A stretch of 64,000 nucleotides of DNA from Acidimicrobiia bacterium. Lineage in GTDB: Bacteria; Actinomycetota; Acidimicrobiia; Spongiisociales; ZC4RG35. Positions 54,385 through 63,516 of the stretch are shown here, in pieces; positions within the stretch are counted from its first letter, which is position 1, and every line of letters begins with the position of its first letter. Position numbers and translations under genes: made by a program. A model generated the notes under the pieces. The model was given only the letters and a program-made list of their open reading frames with translations, had not been told where the DNA came from and ran no database searches. Location of the stretch: assembly GCA_050742015.1 (NCBI GenBank), contig JBOGEV010000039.1:660-64659 (forward strand), given 5' to 3'.

Positions 54385-55391
54385 CAGCCGGTCGGGATCA
54401 TGTCCCGGTGCTCCACGGTGCCGTCGGCATGGATTGCGAAGCGCCCTTCGGTGCGATCGTGGACCGGGTCGCGGCGGGACCAGGGCCAACCGCCGAACTG
54501 GGTGCGGTGGTAGTCGTCGACGGCCTGTCGCAGCTCCTCGGCGGAGTTCATCACGAATGGCCCCATCTGGAAGACAGGGGCACCTATGGGCCGGCCCTGG
54601 AGCAGGAGGAACTCGGCCGGTTGGCCGTGGTTCTCGATCACCGCACCCAGGTCGGCTCGGAGCCTCGCGCCGGTCTTGGCCTCGAACCGCGTTCCCGCGA
54701 TGCGAACATCGTCGCCCTGGAAACAGTGGAGCATCCGGTTGACGTCGGATGGCGCCGTCGGCAGTTGCCACCTGGCGTCGGGGGCGAGTCGGATCAGCCA
54801 GATCGCCAGATGGGATTCGTCTTGTGACCCCCAGGAGTCGGGTGGGGGAGAAGGTGGTCGATGACCATCGATCGGGCCGGCGATGACATCGATGCTCACG
54901 CCTGGGGCAGGCTCGATCGTTGGGATGTCCTCACCCCACAACATCCCGAAATGGGCCGGAACCATCTTCGATCGCGGTGGCAGATTGAGCCAGATCTGGA
55001 ACAGCTCCATGGTGTTCGGCCCCGCCGGATCGATGAGGGGGAACATCTCGGCATGCATGATCCCGCTCCCGGTGGTGAGCCATTGCACGTCGCCCTGGCC
55101 ATAGCGGGCGGTGGCACCCAGGGAGTCGGAGTGATCGACGTAGCCGCGTCGGACCACGGTCACGGTCTCGAACCCGCGGTGGGGGTGCTGGGGAAAGCCG
55201 GGGACCACGTCCCCGTGATACATGCTCCACCCGTCGAGGTAAGAGAAGTCGGTTCCGACCTGACGCCCGGCCAGTGAGGCGGCAGGCCCCAGCTCGTCAT
55301 TCCCGGCCGGATAGTTATCCACGTGGTGCACGGTGAAGATGAAAGGGTCGAGACCGTGCCACGGGAAACCCAACTCGACCAGGTCGATCAC
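54384..55391 (-). CDS. pirin-family bicupin protein
   Basis: HPHRGFETVT metal-site motif and two cupin halves. Confidence 0.9.
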   Translation of the reverse strand: MIDLVELGFPWHGLDPFIFTVHHVDNYPAGNDELGPAASLAGRQVGTDFSYLDGWSMYHGDVVPGFPQHPHRGFETVTVVRRGYVDHSDSLGATARYGQGDVQWLTTGSGIMHAEMFPLIDPAGPNTMELFQIWLNLPPRSKMVPAHFGMLWGEDIPTIEPAPGVSIDVIAGPIDGHRPPSPPPDSWGSQDESHLAIWLIRLAPDARWQLPTAPSDVNRMLHCFQGDDVRIAGTRFEAKTGARLRADLGAVIENHGQPAEFLLLQGRPIGAPVFQMGPFVMNSAEELRQAVDDYHRTQFGGWPWSRRDPVHDRTEGRFAIHADGTVEHRDMIPTG

Positions 55392-55491
55392 GGGTTGGTC
55401 AGCGATGACGGCGCTCCTTTGGTCGCAGGGTCATGCTACGAGGTGGGGCGGCCTGGCCGGGACGATGAGGGCGCGGCCTTGACTCGCTCCG

Positions 55492-56439
<948 letters not shown>

Positions 56440-57198
56440 TCAGATCACCTTCCGCTCTTCGAGGAGGGAGACGATGGCCAGGTGGGCCTCGCCCTCGTCC
56501 TCGATCTTGCGTCCACCGCCCCGCTGCGGTGCGTCGACGATGGAGAGCACCAATTGCTCAGGACCTCGCTCGGCCCCGAGGCCGCCCATCGAGACCGCTT
56601 CGATTGGCTTCTTCTTGGCGTCCATGATCCCCTTGAAGGTGGGATAACGGGGCTCGACGACACCGGCGGTCACGGTCACCACCGCGGGCAGGGCGGACGT
56701 GACGATGTCGTATCCGGCTGCGGTCTGTCGGTGGATGGTCACCGAACCGTCCCCGGTCTCAACTTGGGTGGCATAAGTCAGGGCGGGAACGTCCAGGATC
56801 TCGGCGATCATCTGGGGGACCACCCCCGAATACCCATCGGTCGACTCGGTTCCGGCGATCACGAGATCGAAGCCCTCCTTCTGGATCGCCGCGGCCAGGA
56901 CCCGAGCCGTCGTCAATGCATCCGATCCCCGGAGCGAATCGTCCTCGACCAGGATCGCCTTGTCGGCGCCCATGGCCAGGGCCTGTCTGATCCCTTGACC
57001 ACTTCCGGAAGGGCCCATGCTGACCACGGTCACGGTTCCCTCATCGGCCTGGGCCAGCTGCAAACCCATCTCCACCCCGTACCGGTCGGTGTCGTCGAGG
57101 ATCTGCTCCTCGGGACGAATCAACCAGTTGTTGCCTTCTTCGAGCTTGTACGGGGTGGCCGGGTCGGGGATCTGCTTCACACAGACGACGACCTTCAT
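56440..57198 (-). CDS. etfB: electron transfer flavoprotein subunit beta
   Basis: MKVVVCVKQIPD N-terminus. Abuts etfA with no gap. Confidence 0.95.
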   Translation of the reverse strand: MKVVVCVKQIPDPATPYKLEEGNNWLIRPEEQILDDTDRYGVEMGLQLAQADEGTVTVVSMGPSGSGQGIRQALAMGADKAILVEDDSLRGSDALTTARVLAAAIQKEGFDLVIAGTESTDGYSGVVPQMIAEILDVPALTYATQVETGDGSVTIHRQTAAGYDIVTSALPAVVTVTAGVVEPRYPTFKGIMDAKKKPIEAVSMGGLGAERGPEQLVLSIVDAPQRGGGRKIEDEGEAHLAIVSLLEERKVI

Positions 57199-57364
57199 CT
57201 TCTCGTCACTCCTTGGTGGATCGTGAGCCGGCGATGGTAACGAGGCGCCCAGCTGTTGAGTAAACGCTCAAAAAGCGTCTCGTCTGATTCGGGCGATGCC
57301 GCCCCGCGACATGCCGCATAGAGGTGGGAGTGGCAACATGCACGACTCTCGAATCGAGTGATGT

Positions 57365-59140
57365 ATGACCGAGCAGCCTCTCACCACAAGTTCATTGCGG
57401 CGGTGGTGGGACAAGTTCCGACCCGGGCCGGGTGAGTTGAAGCGGGAAGCCGTGGCCGGGCTCCCGGGTGCCATCGGCAGTGTCCCCGACGGGATGGCAT
57501 CGGCGGTGCTGGCCGGTGTCAACCCGGTGTTTGGGTTGTATGCCAGCTTTGCCGGCCCCGTCGCCGGCGGCCTCACGTCCAGCACCCGCTTGATGGTGAT
57601 CACCACCACCACGGCCTCGGCCCTCGCCGCTGGATCGGTCCTGGCCACCGTGGAGTCGGCCGACCGTCCCGCAGCGTTGTTCCTCATGGTGGTCATCGCC
57701 GGAGCCCTGATGGTGTTGGCCGGGATGCTGAAGTTGGGCCGGTTCACCCGATTCGTGAGCCATTCGGTGATGATGGGGTTCCTCACCGGTGTGGCGGCCA
57801 ACATCGTCTTCGGTCAGATCCCCGACCTCACCGGCGTCGATGCCGAGGGCGCCAACTCGTTGGCGAAGGCCTTCGACGTGATCCTCCACCCCGGCAGCAT
57901 CCACGTGGCCTCGTTGCTCACCGGTCTCGCCGCCATCGTGCTGCTCCTGTTGTTGGGGCGGACATCATTGGGCCCGTACGCATCGATTGTCGCTCTCGCC
58001 CTCCCCACCCTGGTGGTACTCGGCGTCGAAGGAATCGCTCGGGTCGCGGACATCGGCGAGATCCCCAGGGGCGCGCCGCTGCCGGTGCTCCCCGACCTGA
58101 GTCAGATCACCTTCGACCTGGTCTTCGCCGCCCTGGCTATCGCCGCCATCGTCCTGGTGCAGGGAGCCGGCGTTGCCGAGTCTGCGCCCAACCGGGACGG
58201 CTCGATGTCGGACCCCAACACCGATTTCAAGGCCCAGGGAGTGGGCAACATCGCTGCCGGTCTCTTCCGGGGGATGCCCGTCGGCGGGTCGGTCGGCCAG
58301 ACGGCCCTCAACATCACTGCAGGCGCCAGTGGACGCTGGGCAACGATCTTCTCCGGGCTATGGATGCTCGTGATCCTGGTTGCCTTCTCCGGAGTCGTGG
58401 GGTTCGTGGCCATGCCAACCCTCGCCGCCATCCTGATCATGGCCGCCCTTGGATCCCTGCGGGTGGGCCAGATTCGCACCATCCTCCGCACCGGTGCGAC
58501 TCCGAAGATCGCCATGATCTCCACGTTCGTGGCGACACTGATCCTCTCGATACCGGAGGCGGTAGGGGTGGGAGTCGTGATCTCCCTGCTCCTGCAGCTC
58601 AACCAGCAGGCGCTCGACCTCAGAGTGGTCCAGCTCGTCCCCCAGGAGGGAGGAATGTTTGCCGAACAGACACCGCCAAGGAGTTTGCCCAGCCACGAGG
58701 TGACGTTGCTCGACAGCTACGGAAGTCTGTTCTACGCGGGAGCGAGGACCCTTCAGGCGCGTCTTCCCGAGATCGGCGACGCCACCGAGCCAGTGGTGGT
58801 CCTCCGACTTCGGGGTCACACCATGCTCGGGTCCACCGCTTTCAAAGTGCTCGATGACTACGCAACCGCTCTCGAACGCGTCGAGGGAAGACTGTTCCTG
58901 AGCGGAGTAGACCCGGCACTCGCCGAACAATTGGAGCGGGCCGGTCATCTCACCGACGGCGGGCCGCTGGAGATAGTCGAGGCGACGGCACTCGTCGGAG
59001 AATCGAGTCTGGCCGCCTATCACCGGGCCCAGGCCTGGATGAGCGGTCATCGAGCCGCCGACGAGCCGCTCCCTGAGCCTGCTCCGGAGACCGGGAAGGG
59101 TGTCGGGTCCTGGCTGAAGAGGCTGTTCGGGCGGGGATAG
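57365..59140 (+). CDS. SulP-family anion transporter with C-terminal STAS domain
   Basis: Transmembrane core of about 400 aa followed by a STAS-like region (LDSYGSLFYAGA...VVVLRLRG). Confidence 0.9.
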   Translation: MTEQPLTTSSLRRWWDKFRPGPGELKREAVAGLPGAIGSVPDGMASAVLAGVNPVFGLYASFAGPVAGGLTSSTRLMVITTTTASALAAGSVLATVESADRPAALFLMVVIAGALMVLAGMLKLGRFTRFVSHSVMMGFLTGVAANIVFGQIPDLTGVDAEGANSLAKAFDVILHPGSIHVASLLTGLAAIVLLLLLGRTSLGPYASIVALALPTLVVLGVEGIARVADIGEIPRGAPLPVLPDLSQITFDLVFAALAIAAIVLVQGAGVAESAPNRDGSMSDPNTDFKAQGVGNIAAGLFRGMPVGGSVGQTALNITAGASGRWATIFSGLWMLVILVAFSGVVGFVAMPTLAAILIMAALGSLRVGQIRTILRTGATPKIAMISTFVATLILSIPEAVGVGVVISLLLQLNQQALDLRVVQLVPQEGGMFAEQTPPRSLPSHEVTLLDSYGSLFYAGARTLQARLPEIGDATEPVVVLRLRGHTMLGSTAFKVLDDYATALERVEGRLFLSGVDPALAEQLERAGHLTDGGPLEIVEATALVGESSLAAYHRAQAWMSGHRAADEPLPEPAPETGKGVGSWLKRLFGRG

Positions 59141-59143
59141 GCC

Positions 59144-60442
59144 CTACTCGAGGCGTTCGATCACGAGGCCCTGGGGCTCGGGCGCCTCGTCCCCGATCGC
59201 CCAGGCGGCGGCCAATGACGCCTCCTGCGCCTGCCAGCGGGAGCTGTCGCTGTAGCGGACCCGGGCCAGAGGGTCGCCTGCCTCCACCCGGTCGCCGACT
59301 TTGGCCGCGAGGGTGATCGCCACTCCCGCGTCGATGGTGTCCTCCTTGCGCTCCCGGCCCGCCCCGAGCCTGGTGGCCACGACGCCAATGGTCAAGGCAT
59401 CGCATCGGGTCACGAATCCTCCACGAGGCGCCGTGACAACCGCCTCCTCACTGCACAACGGGAGCAGATCCGGGTTCTCGATCACCGCCGGATCGCCACC
59501 CTGCGCCTCTGCGACGTCGATCAGCTTTTGCAGCGCCTTTCCCGACTCGATGGCGTTGGTGAGGGTCTCGCGGCCCCCTTCGATCCCTGCCAGCTCCATC
59601 ATCAGTTCGCCGAGGGCCAGGGTCAGCTCGACAACGTCTTCCGGCCCACCACCTCGAAGGACCTCGATCGATTCCTTCATCTCGTTGGCGTTGCCCACCT
59701 CATGCCCGAGGGGCTGGCCCATCCAGGTGATCAAAGCGGCGGTCTTCACACCATGCCGGGCCCCGATGTCGACCATGGTCCGCGCCAGCTGTCGCGACCC
59801 TTCGAGGTCTTTCATGAATGCCCCGGACCCGGTCTTGACGTCCAGGACCAAGCCATCGAGCCCTTCGGCGAGCTTCTTGGACATGATCGACGACGCGATC
59901 AGGGGCAAGGAGGGCACGGTTGCGGTGGCGTCCCGGAGGGCGTACAGCTTGCGATCGGCCGGGACCAGGGTCTCGGTCTGGCCGGCCAGGACCAGCCCAT
60001 GTGATGTGAGGATCTGGCGGAAACGGTCGGGTTCGATCTCGGTGGTGAAACCGGGGATGGTTTCCAGCTTGTCGAGAGTGCCGCCGGTGTGCCCCAATCC
60101 CCGGCCAGACATCATCGGCACCACGACACCAACCGACGCCACCAGGGGGGCGAGGGGGATCGAGATCTTGTCACCGACTCCGCCCGTCGAGTGCTTGTCG
60201 ACCTTGGGGGCGGTGATGTCGCCGAAATCGAGCACTTCGCCCGAGTGCAGCATGGCCGTGGTCCAGGCCGTCAGCTCTTCGGCATCGAGGCCCTGGTGGA
60301 AGATGGCCATCGCCATGGCCGCCATCTGGTAGTCGGTGACGGTTCCGTCGGTGTAGGCCCGAATCAGCCATTCGATGGCATCGGGCGAGAGAGTGTTTCC
60401 GTCCCTCTTGGTCTCGATCAGCTCGACTGCTGTGAACGCCAT
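59144..60442 (-). CDS. deoA: thymidine/pyrimidine-nucleoside phosphorylase
   Basis: KHSTGGVGDK, SGRGLGHTGGTLDKLE signatures. Confidence 0.95.
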   Translation of the reverse strand: MAFTAVELIETKRDGNTLSPDAIEWLIRAYTDGTVTDYQMAAMAMAIFHQGLDAEELTAWTTAMLHSGEVLDFGDITAPKVDKHSTGGVGDKISIPLAPLVASVGVVVPMMSGRGLGHTGGTLDKLETIPGFTTEIEPDRFRQILTSHGLVLAGQTETLVPADRKLYALRDATATVPSLPLIASSIMSKKLAEGLDGLVLDVKTGSGAFMKDLEGSRQLARTMVDIGARHGVKTAALITWMGQPLGHEVGNANEMKESIEVLRGGGPEDVVELTLALGELMMELAGIEGGRETLTNAIESGKALQKLIDVAEAQGGDPAVIENPDLLPLCSEEAVVTAPRGGFVTRCDALTIGVVATRLGAGRERKEDTIDAGVAITLAAKVGDRVEAGDPLARVRYSDSSRWQAQEASLAAAWAIGDEAPEPQGLVIERLE

Positions 60443-60460
60443 CGGCCGGACGTTATCCGT

Positions 60461-61099
60461 TCAGCTCCCTCCGGCAATGGGGACAGCCGGCGCCATCCCG
60501 CGGAGTGTGGTCTCGATGACCTCACGGAACATGGTCTCGCCGGTCTCCGGCACGTCGATGAGCCAACCCGGCACCGGATGATGCGACTCTCGGGCGAGCT
60601 CCAGACCCACCGTCCCGTGGACCGCTGTCCACAGCATGTAGGCGGCGGTGGTTGGGCTGTCCGACTCGACCATTCCGGTCTCGATCGCCTGCCTCATGGC
60701 CTCCACCATGAGCAAGGATGACGCTCTGGGCGCAGCGGTCTGCACCTCGGTCGGAGGGTCGAACCCGACCACCCGCTCGAACATGAGCGAGTACAACGCC
60801 GGGTTGGCCACGGCGAAGCTCCGGTAGGCGAGGGCCAGGTTCACTGCTCGTTCCAGGGGGTCCGATGCGGTGACGGCGACCATTGCCTTCTCCAGTCGAT
60901 CGAAGCCCGCCTGGTAGACGGCATCGAGGAGACCCGCCTTGTCCCCGAACCGGGAGTACACGCACATCGTGGACACCCCGGCCGCGGCGGCGACCCGCCG
61001 CATCACCAGGGCTCCCGTTCCCTGTTCCGCCAGGAGACGGATGCCGGCCTCGACGAGGTCTTCCCGAACCGGGTCCTTATCTTGAGAAGGGGTTGCCAT
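60461..61099 (-). CDS. TetR-family transcriptional regulator
   Basis: N-terminal HTH LVMRRVAAAAGVSTMCVYSRFGDKAGLL. Confidence 0.9.
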   Translation of the reverse strand: MATPSQDKDPVREDLVEAGIRLLAEQGTGALVMRRVAAAAGVSTMCVYSRFGDKAGLLDAVYQAGFDRLEKAMVAVTASDPLERAVNLALAYRSFAVANPALYSLMFERVVGFDPPTEVQTAAPRASSLLMVEAMRQAIETGMVESDSPTTAAYMLWTAVHGTVGLELARESHHPVPGWLIDVPETGETMFREVIETTLRGMAPAVPIAGGS

Positions 61100-61115
61100 C
61101 TTCGATAACGCGGAT

Positions 61116-61131
61116 TATAACACATGTTATA
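61116..61131. promoter_or_regulatory. candidate TetR operator palindrome
   Basis: TATAACA-CA-TGTTATA, AT-rich in a GC-rich genome. Sits in the 50-nt divergent gap between the TetR gene and the Mo-oxidoreductase gene. Confidence 0.55.
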
Positions 61132-61149
61132 GCAGATCCCGGGAGTGTA

Positions 61150-62142
61150 TTGGGACGTAGGACGAATCTGGCCCTGGCCATCTTGCTGGTGACCGCCGTG
61201 GTCTCGGGTCTGGCGAGCCAGGCCATTGGGGTCGACTGGCCTCTCGACACGGCGGTGATCCACGGGGCGCTGGCCCTCGGGATCCTCCTCCTCGCTCCCT
61301 GGAAGACCAGCATCGTGCGCCGAGGTCTGCGCAAGAAGCGAGCGGGCCGGGTCTTCTCCCTGGTTCTGCTCACCGTGGTCTTGATCACTCTGACGACGGG
61401 TTTGCTCCATTCCCACGGCGCCATCTCACGGATCGGGCCACTGACATTGATGCAGATCCATGTCGGCGGTGCCGTGTTGGCGCTGGGTCTCGCCATCGAC
61501 CACTTCCGAAGGCACCCGGTGGTGCCGAAGCACTTTGACGTCGATCGCAGGGCGTTTCTTCGAGCCGGTGCCCTGACGGCAATGGCGACGGCGGTCTGGC
61601 TTGCCTGGGAGGGAACACTTCAGGCTCTGGAAGCGCCGGGTGACGATCGGCGCTTCACCGGGATGCACGAGCGGGGCTCGCACGACCCATCGGCCCTTCC
61701 CACTACCTCCTGGCTCGACGATCGAGTGCCGGAGATCGACGCCGCGGAGTGGTCGGTCGATGTCGCCGGCCGGTCGTACACCCTGGAAGAGATCGAGGCG
61801 ATGCCTCAGGAGACTTTCCCCGCCATCCTCGATTGCACCGGTGGCTGGTACTCCGAGCAGCAGTGGACCGGGGTGAGACTGGACCAGCTCGTCGAAGTCG
61901 GGGCCAATCGCAGCTTCGTCGCCTGGTCCCGGACCGGGTATGCACGGCGGTTCCCGATTCGGGACCTGGAGAGCACTTGGCTCGTCACCCGTCTCGGCGG
62001 CGTGCCGTTGAGCCCAGGGCACGGCTTCCCGGCCCGGATGGTGGCCCCGGCGAGACGGGGCTTTTGGTGGGTGAAGTGGTTGACCAGGGTTGAGCTCTCA
62101 CCCATCCCCTGGTGGCTTCAGTCTCCGTTCCCACTCACCTGA
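61150..62142 (+). CDS. membrane-anchored molybdopterin-dependent oxidoreductase (sulfite-oxidase fold)
   Basis: N-terminal TM helices. SUOX-fold region with LDCTGGW (Mo-ligand Cys) and GFPARMVAP...GFWWVKWL. TTG start inferred. The upstream part of the ORF-track entry runs antisense through the TetR gene. Confidence 0.75.
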   Translation: MGRRTNLALAILLVTAVVSGLASQAIGVDWPLDTAVIHGALALGILLLAPWKTSIVRRGLRKKRAGRVFSLVLLTVVLITLTTGLLHSHGAISRIGPLTLMQIHVGGAVLALGLAIDHFRRHPVVPKHFDVDRRAFLRAGALTAMATAVWLAWEGTLQALEAPGDDRRFTGMHERGSHDPSALPTTSWLDDRVPEIDAAEWSVDVAGRSYTLEEIEAMPQETFPAILDCTGGWYSEQQWTGVRLDQLVEVGANRSFVAWSRTGYARRFPIRDLESTWLVTRLGGVPLSPGHGFPARMVAPARRGFWWVKWLTRVELSPIPWWLQSPFPLT

Positions 62143-62164
62143 GGAAGCCCCGTCCGACCGTTTT

Positions 62165-63001
62165 TCAGCCCCGCTCCACCGGCACGTTGACCAGGGAGCC
62201 GTATTCGGTCCACGACCCGTCGTAATTCTTGACGTCGCTGTGGCCCAGAAGCTCGGTTAGGACGAACCAGGTGTGCGATGAGCGCTCGCCGATCCGGCAG
62301 TAGGCGATGATCTCGCCATTGGTGACCCCGGCGCCCTCGTACAGCTCCCTTAGCTCGTCGACGGTCCTGAAGGTCCCGTCCTCGTTGGCGGCCTTGCCCC
62401 ATGGGACGTTCTTTGCGCCGGGCACGTGGCCGGCCACGTAGGGCTGCTCTTGGGGGAGATGGTCAGGTGCGAACTTTTCGCCGCTGAACTCCTCTGGGGA
62501 GCGGACATCGACCAGTGTGGCCGACCCGAGGGTGTCGATGACGTGGTCCCGGAAGGCGCGAATCTCGGGCCGCTCGGCGCCGCCGATCGTGAACTCAGTG
62601 GCAGCGATCTCCGGGGCCTTCGAATCGAGGGGCAGCGAGTCGACGTTCCACTTCTTCCGGCCCCCGTCGAGCAGTTTCACGTTGTCGAAACCCCGGTACT
62701 TCAAGAGCCAGTAGGCGTAGGCGGCGAACCAGTTGTTGTTGCCCCCGTAGAGGACCACGGTGGTGTCGAGCCCAACGCCGGCCGCGGAGAGCAGCTTGTT
62801 GAAACCCTCCTGATCGAGATAGTCGCGACGGGTCGGGTGGTGCAGATCGTCAGACCAGCTCCAGGCAATGGCGCCCGGGATGTGGTCCTTGTCGTAGACG
62901 GTGGCGTCCTCGTCGACCTCGATGACCCTGAGGTTGGGGTCGCTCAGGTTCTCCTTGAGCCAGTCGGTGGTGACGAGTGCGTCGGGATTGGCATAGGCCA
63001 T
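62165..63001 (-). CDS. thiosulfate sulfurtransferase, tandem rhodanese (CysA2/CysA3-like)
   Basis: Near-collinear with mycobacterial CysA2: YGGNNNWFAAYAYW, LLDGGRKKW, active-site loop YCRIGERSSHTW. Confidence 0.9.
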   Translation of the reverse strand: MAYANPDALVTTDWLKENLSDPNLRVIEVDEDATVYDKDHIPGAIAWSWSDDLHHPTRRDYLDQEGFNKLLSAAGVGLDTTVVLYGGNNNWFAAYAYWLLKYRGFDNVKLLDGGRKKWNVDSLPLDSKAPEIAATEFTIGGAERPEIRAFRDHVIDTLGSATLVDVRSPEEFSGEKFAPDHLPQEQPYVAGHVPGAKNVPWGKAANEDGTFRTVDELRELYEGAGVTNGEIIAYCRIGERSSHTWFVLTELLGHSDVKNYDGSWTEYGSLVNVPVERG

Positions 63002-63168
63002 GTGTTCATTGCTCCTTTGAGATCAGAAATGAGTCGAGACGCCGGAAGGGAGATCTTTGCTCTCGGGCGGTGGCGTCTTTAGGAGCGCTGACGGTATGCG
63101 GCGTCGGCGCCCGGGCTGACCGCCCGAGAGCTCTCACAGAGACACGCGCACATCGTCGTTCGAGACAC
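63002..63168 (-). promoter_or_regulatory. long structured 5' leader of the rhodanese gene (candidate cis-regulatory RNA)
   Basis: 13-bp perfect stem (63059-63071 / 63119-63131) enclosing 47 nt. The enclosed GCUCCU (63086-63081) is complementary to the SD AGGAGC (63016-63011). Confidence 0.4.
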
Positions 63169-63174
63169 ACGAGA

Positions 63175-63203
63175 ACGATATGCGGCGGGCCCCACTAAGT
63201 CAA
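63175..63203 (-). promoter_or_regulatory. candidate sigma-A-type promoter for the rhodanese gene
   Basis: On the - strand: TTGACT (63203-63198), a 17-nt spacer, then TATCGT (63180-63175). Confidence 0.45.
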
Positions 63204-63220
63204 TGCGGGCCTCTTGCTTT

Positions 63221-63494
63221 GTGCGGGGGGGCGACCCCCCTGCACCCCCCGCCTAGGTCAGACCTCCACGTGTGCCCTGAATCGGGTCGGCGAGGTTTCC
63301 CCGCGCCGTTCTCTATGCGGGGGGCGACCCCCTGCACCCCCCGCCTGGGGTCGGGCCTCCGCGTCTGCTCTGAATCGGGTCGGCGAGGTTCCCCGCGCCG
63401 TTCTCTATGCGGGGGGGCGACCCCCCTGCACCCCCCGCCTGGGGTCGGGTCTCCGCGTCTGCTCTGAATCGGGTCGGCGAGGTTCCCCGCGCCG
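63221..63494 (+). repeat. tandem array (3 units, 92-96 nt period) of the same G/C-run palindromic repeat family, locus 2
   Basis: Cores at 63221-52, 63317-44 and 63409-38. Each is followed by ...CGCGTCTGCTCTGAATCGGGTCGGCGAGGTTCCCCGCGCCG. Same orientation as locus 1. Confidence 0.85.
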
Positions 63495-63516
63495 AGCCTG
63501 GCTTCAAGCGCATCGG

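Noticed and set aside
53962-54771. 269-aa version of the DUF3052-like ORF
   Set aside because: The upstream 129 codons lie inside the pirin gene in another frame. The ATG at 54384 gives the typical 140-aa protein.
60883-61149. N-terminal 89 codons of the 419-aa ORF for the Mo-oxidoreductase
   Set aside because: This part runs antisense through the TetR gene and encodes Pro/Arg-rich sequence. The TM-anchored protein plausibly starts at TTG 61150.
63221-63494. Repeat cores as 6C-type sRNAs, and ORFs 63180..63467 / 63214..63978 / 63407..63913 as genes
   Set aside because: 6C RNAs present the C-runs in hairpin loops, whereas here the C-runs pair with the G-run. The ORFs give reiterated GGATPLHPP-type peptides that merely translate the repeat and run antisense into argC.
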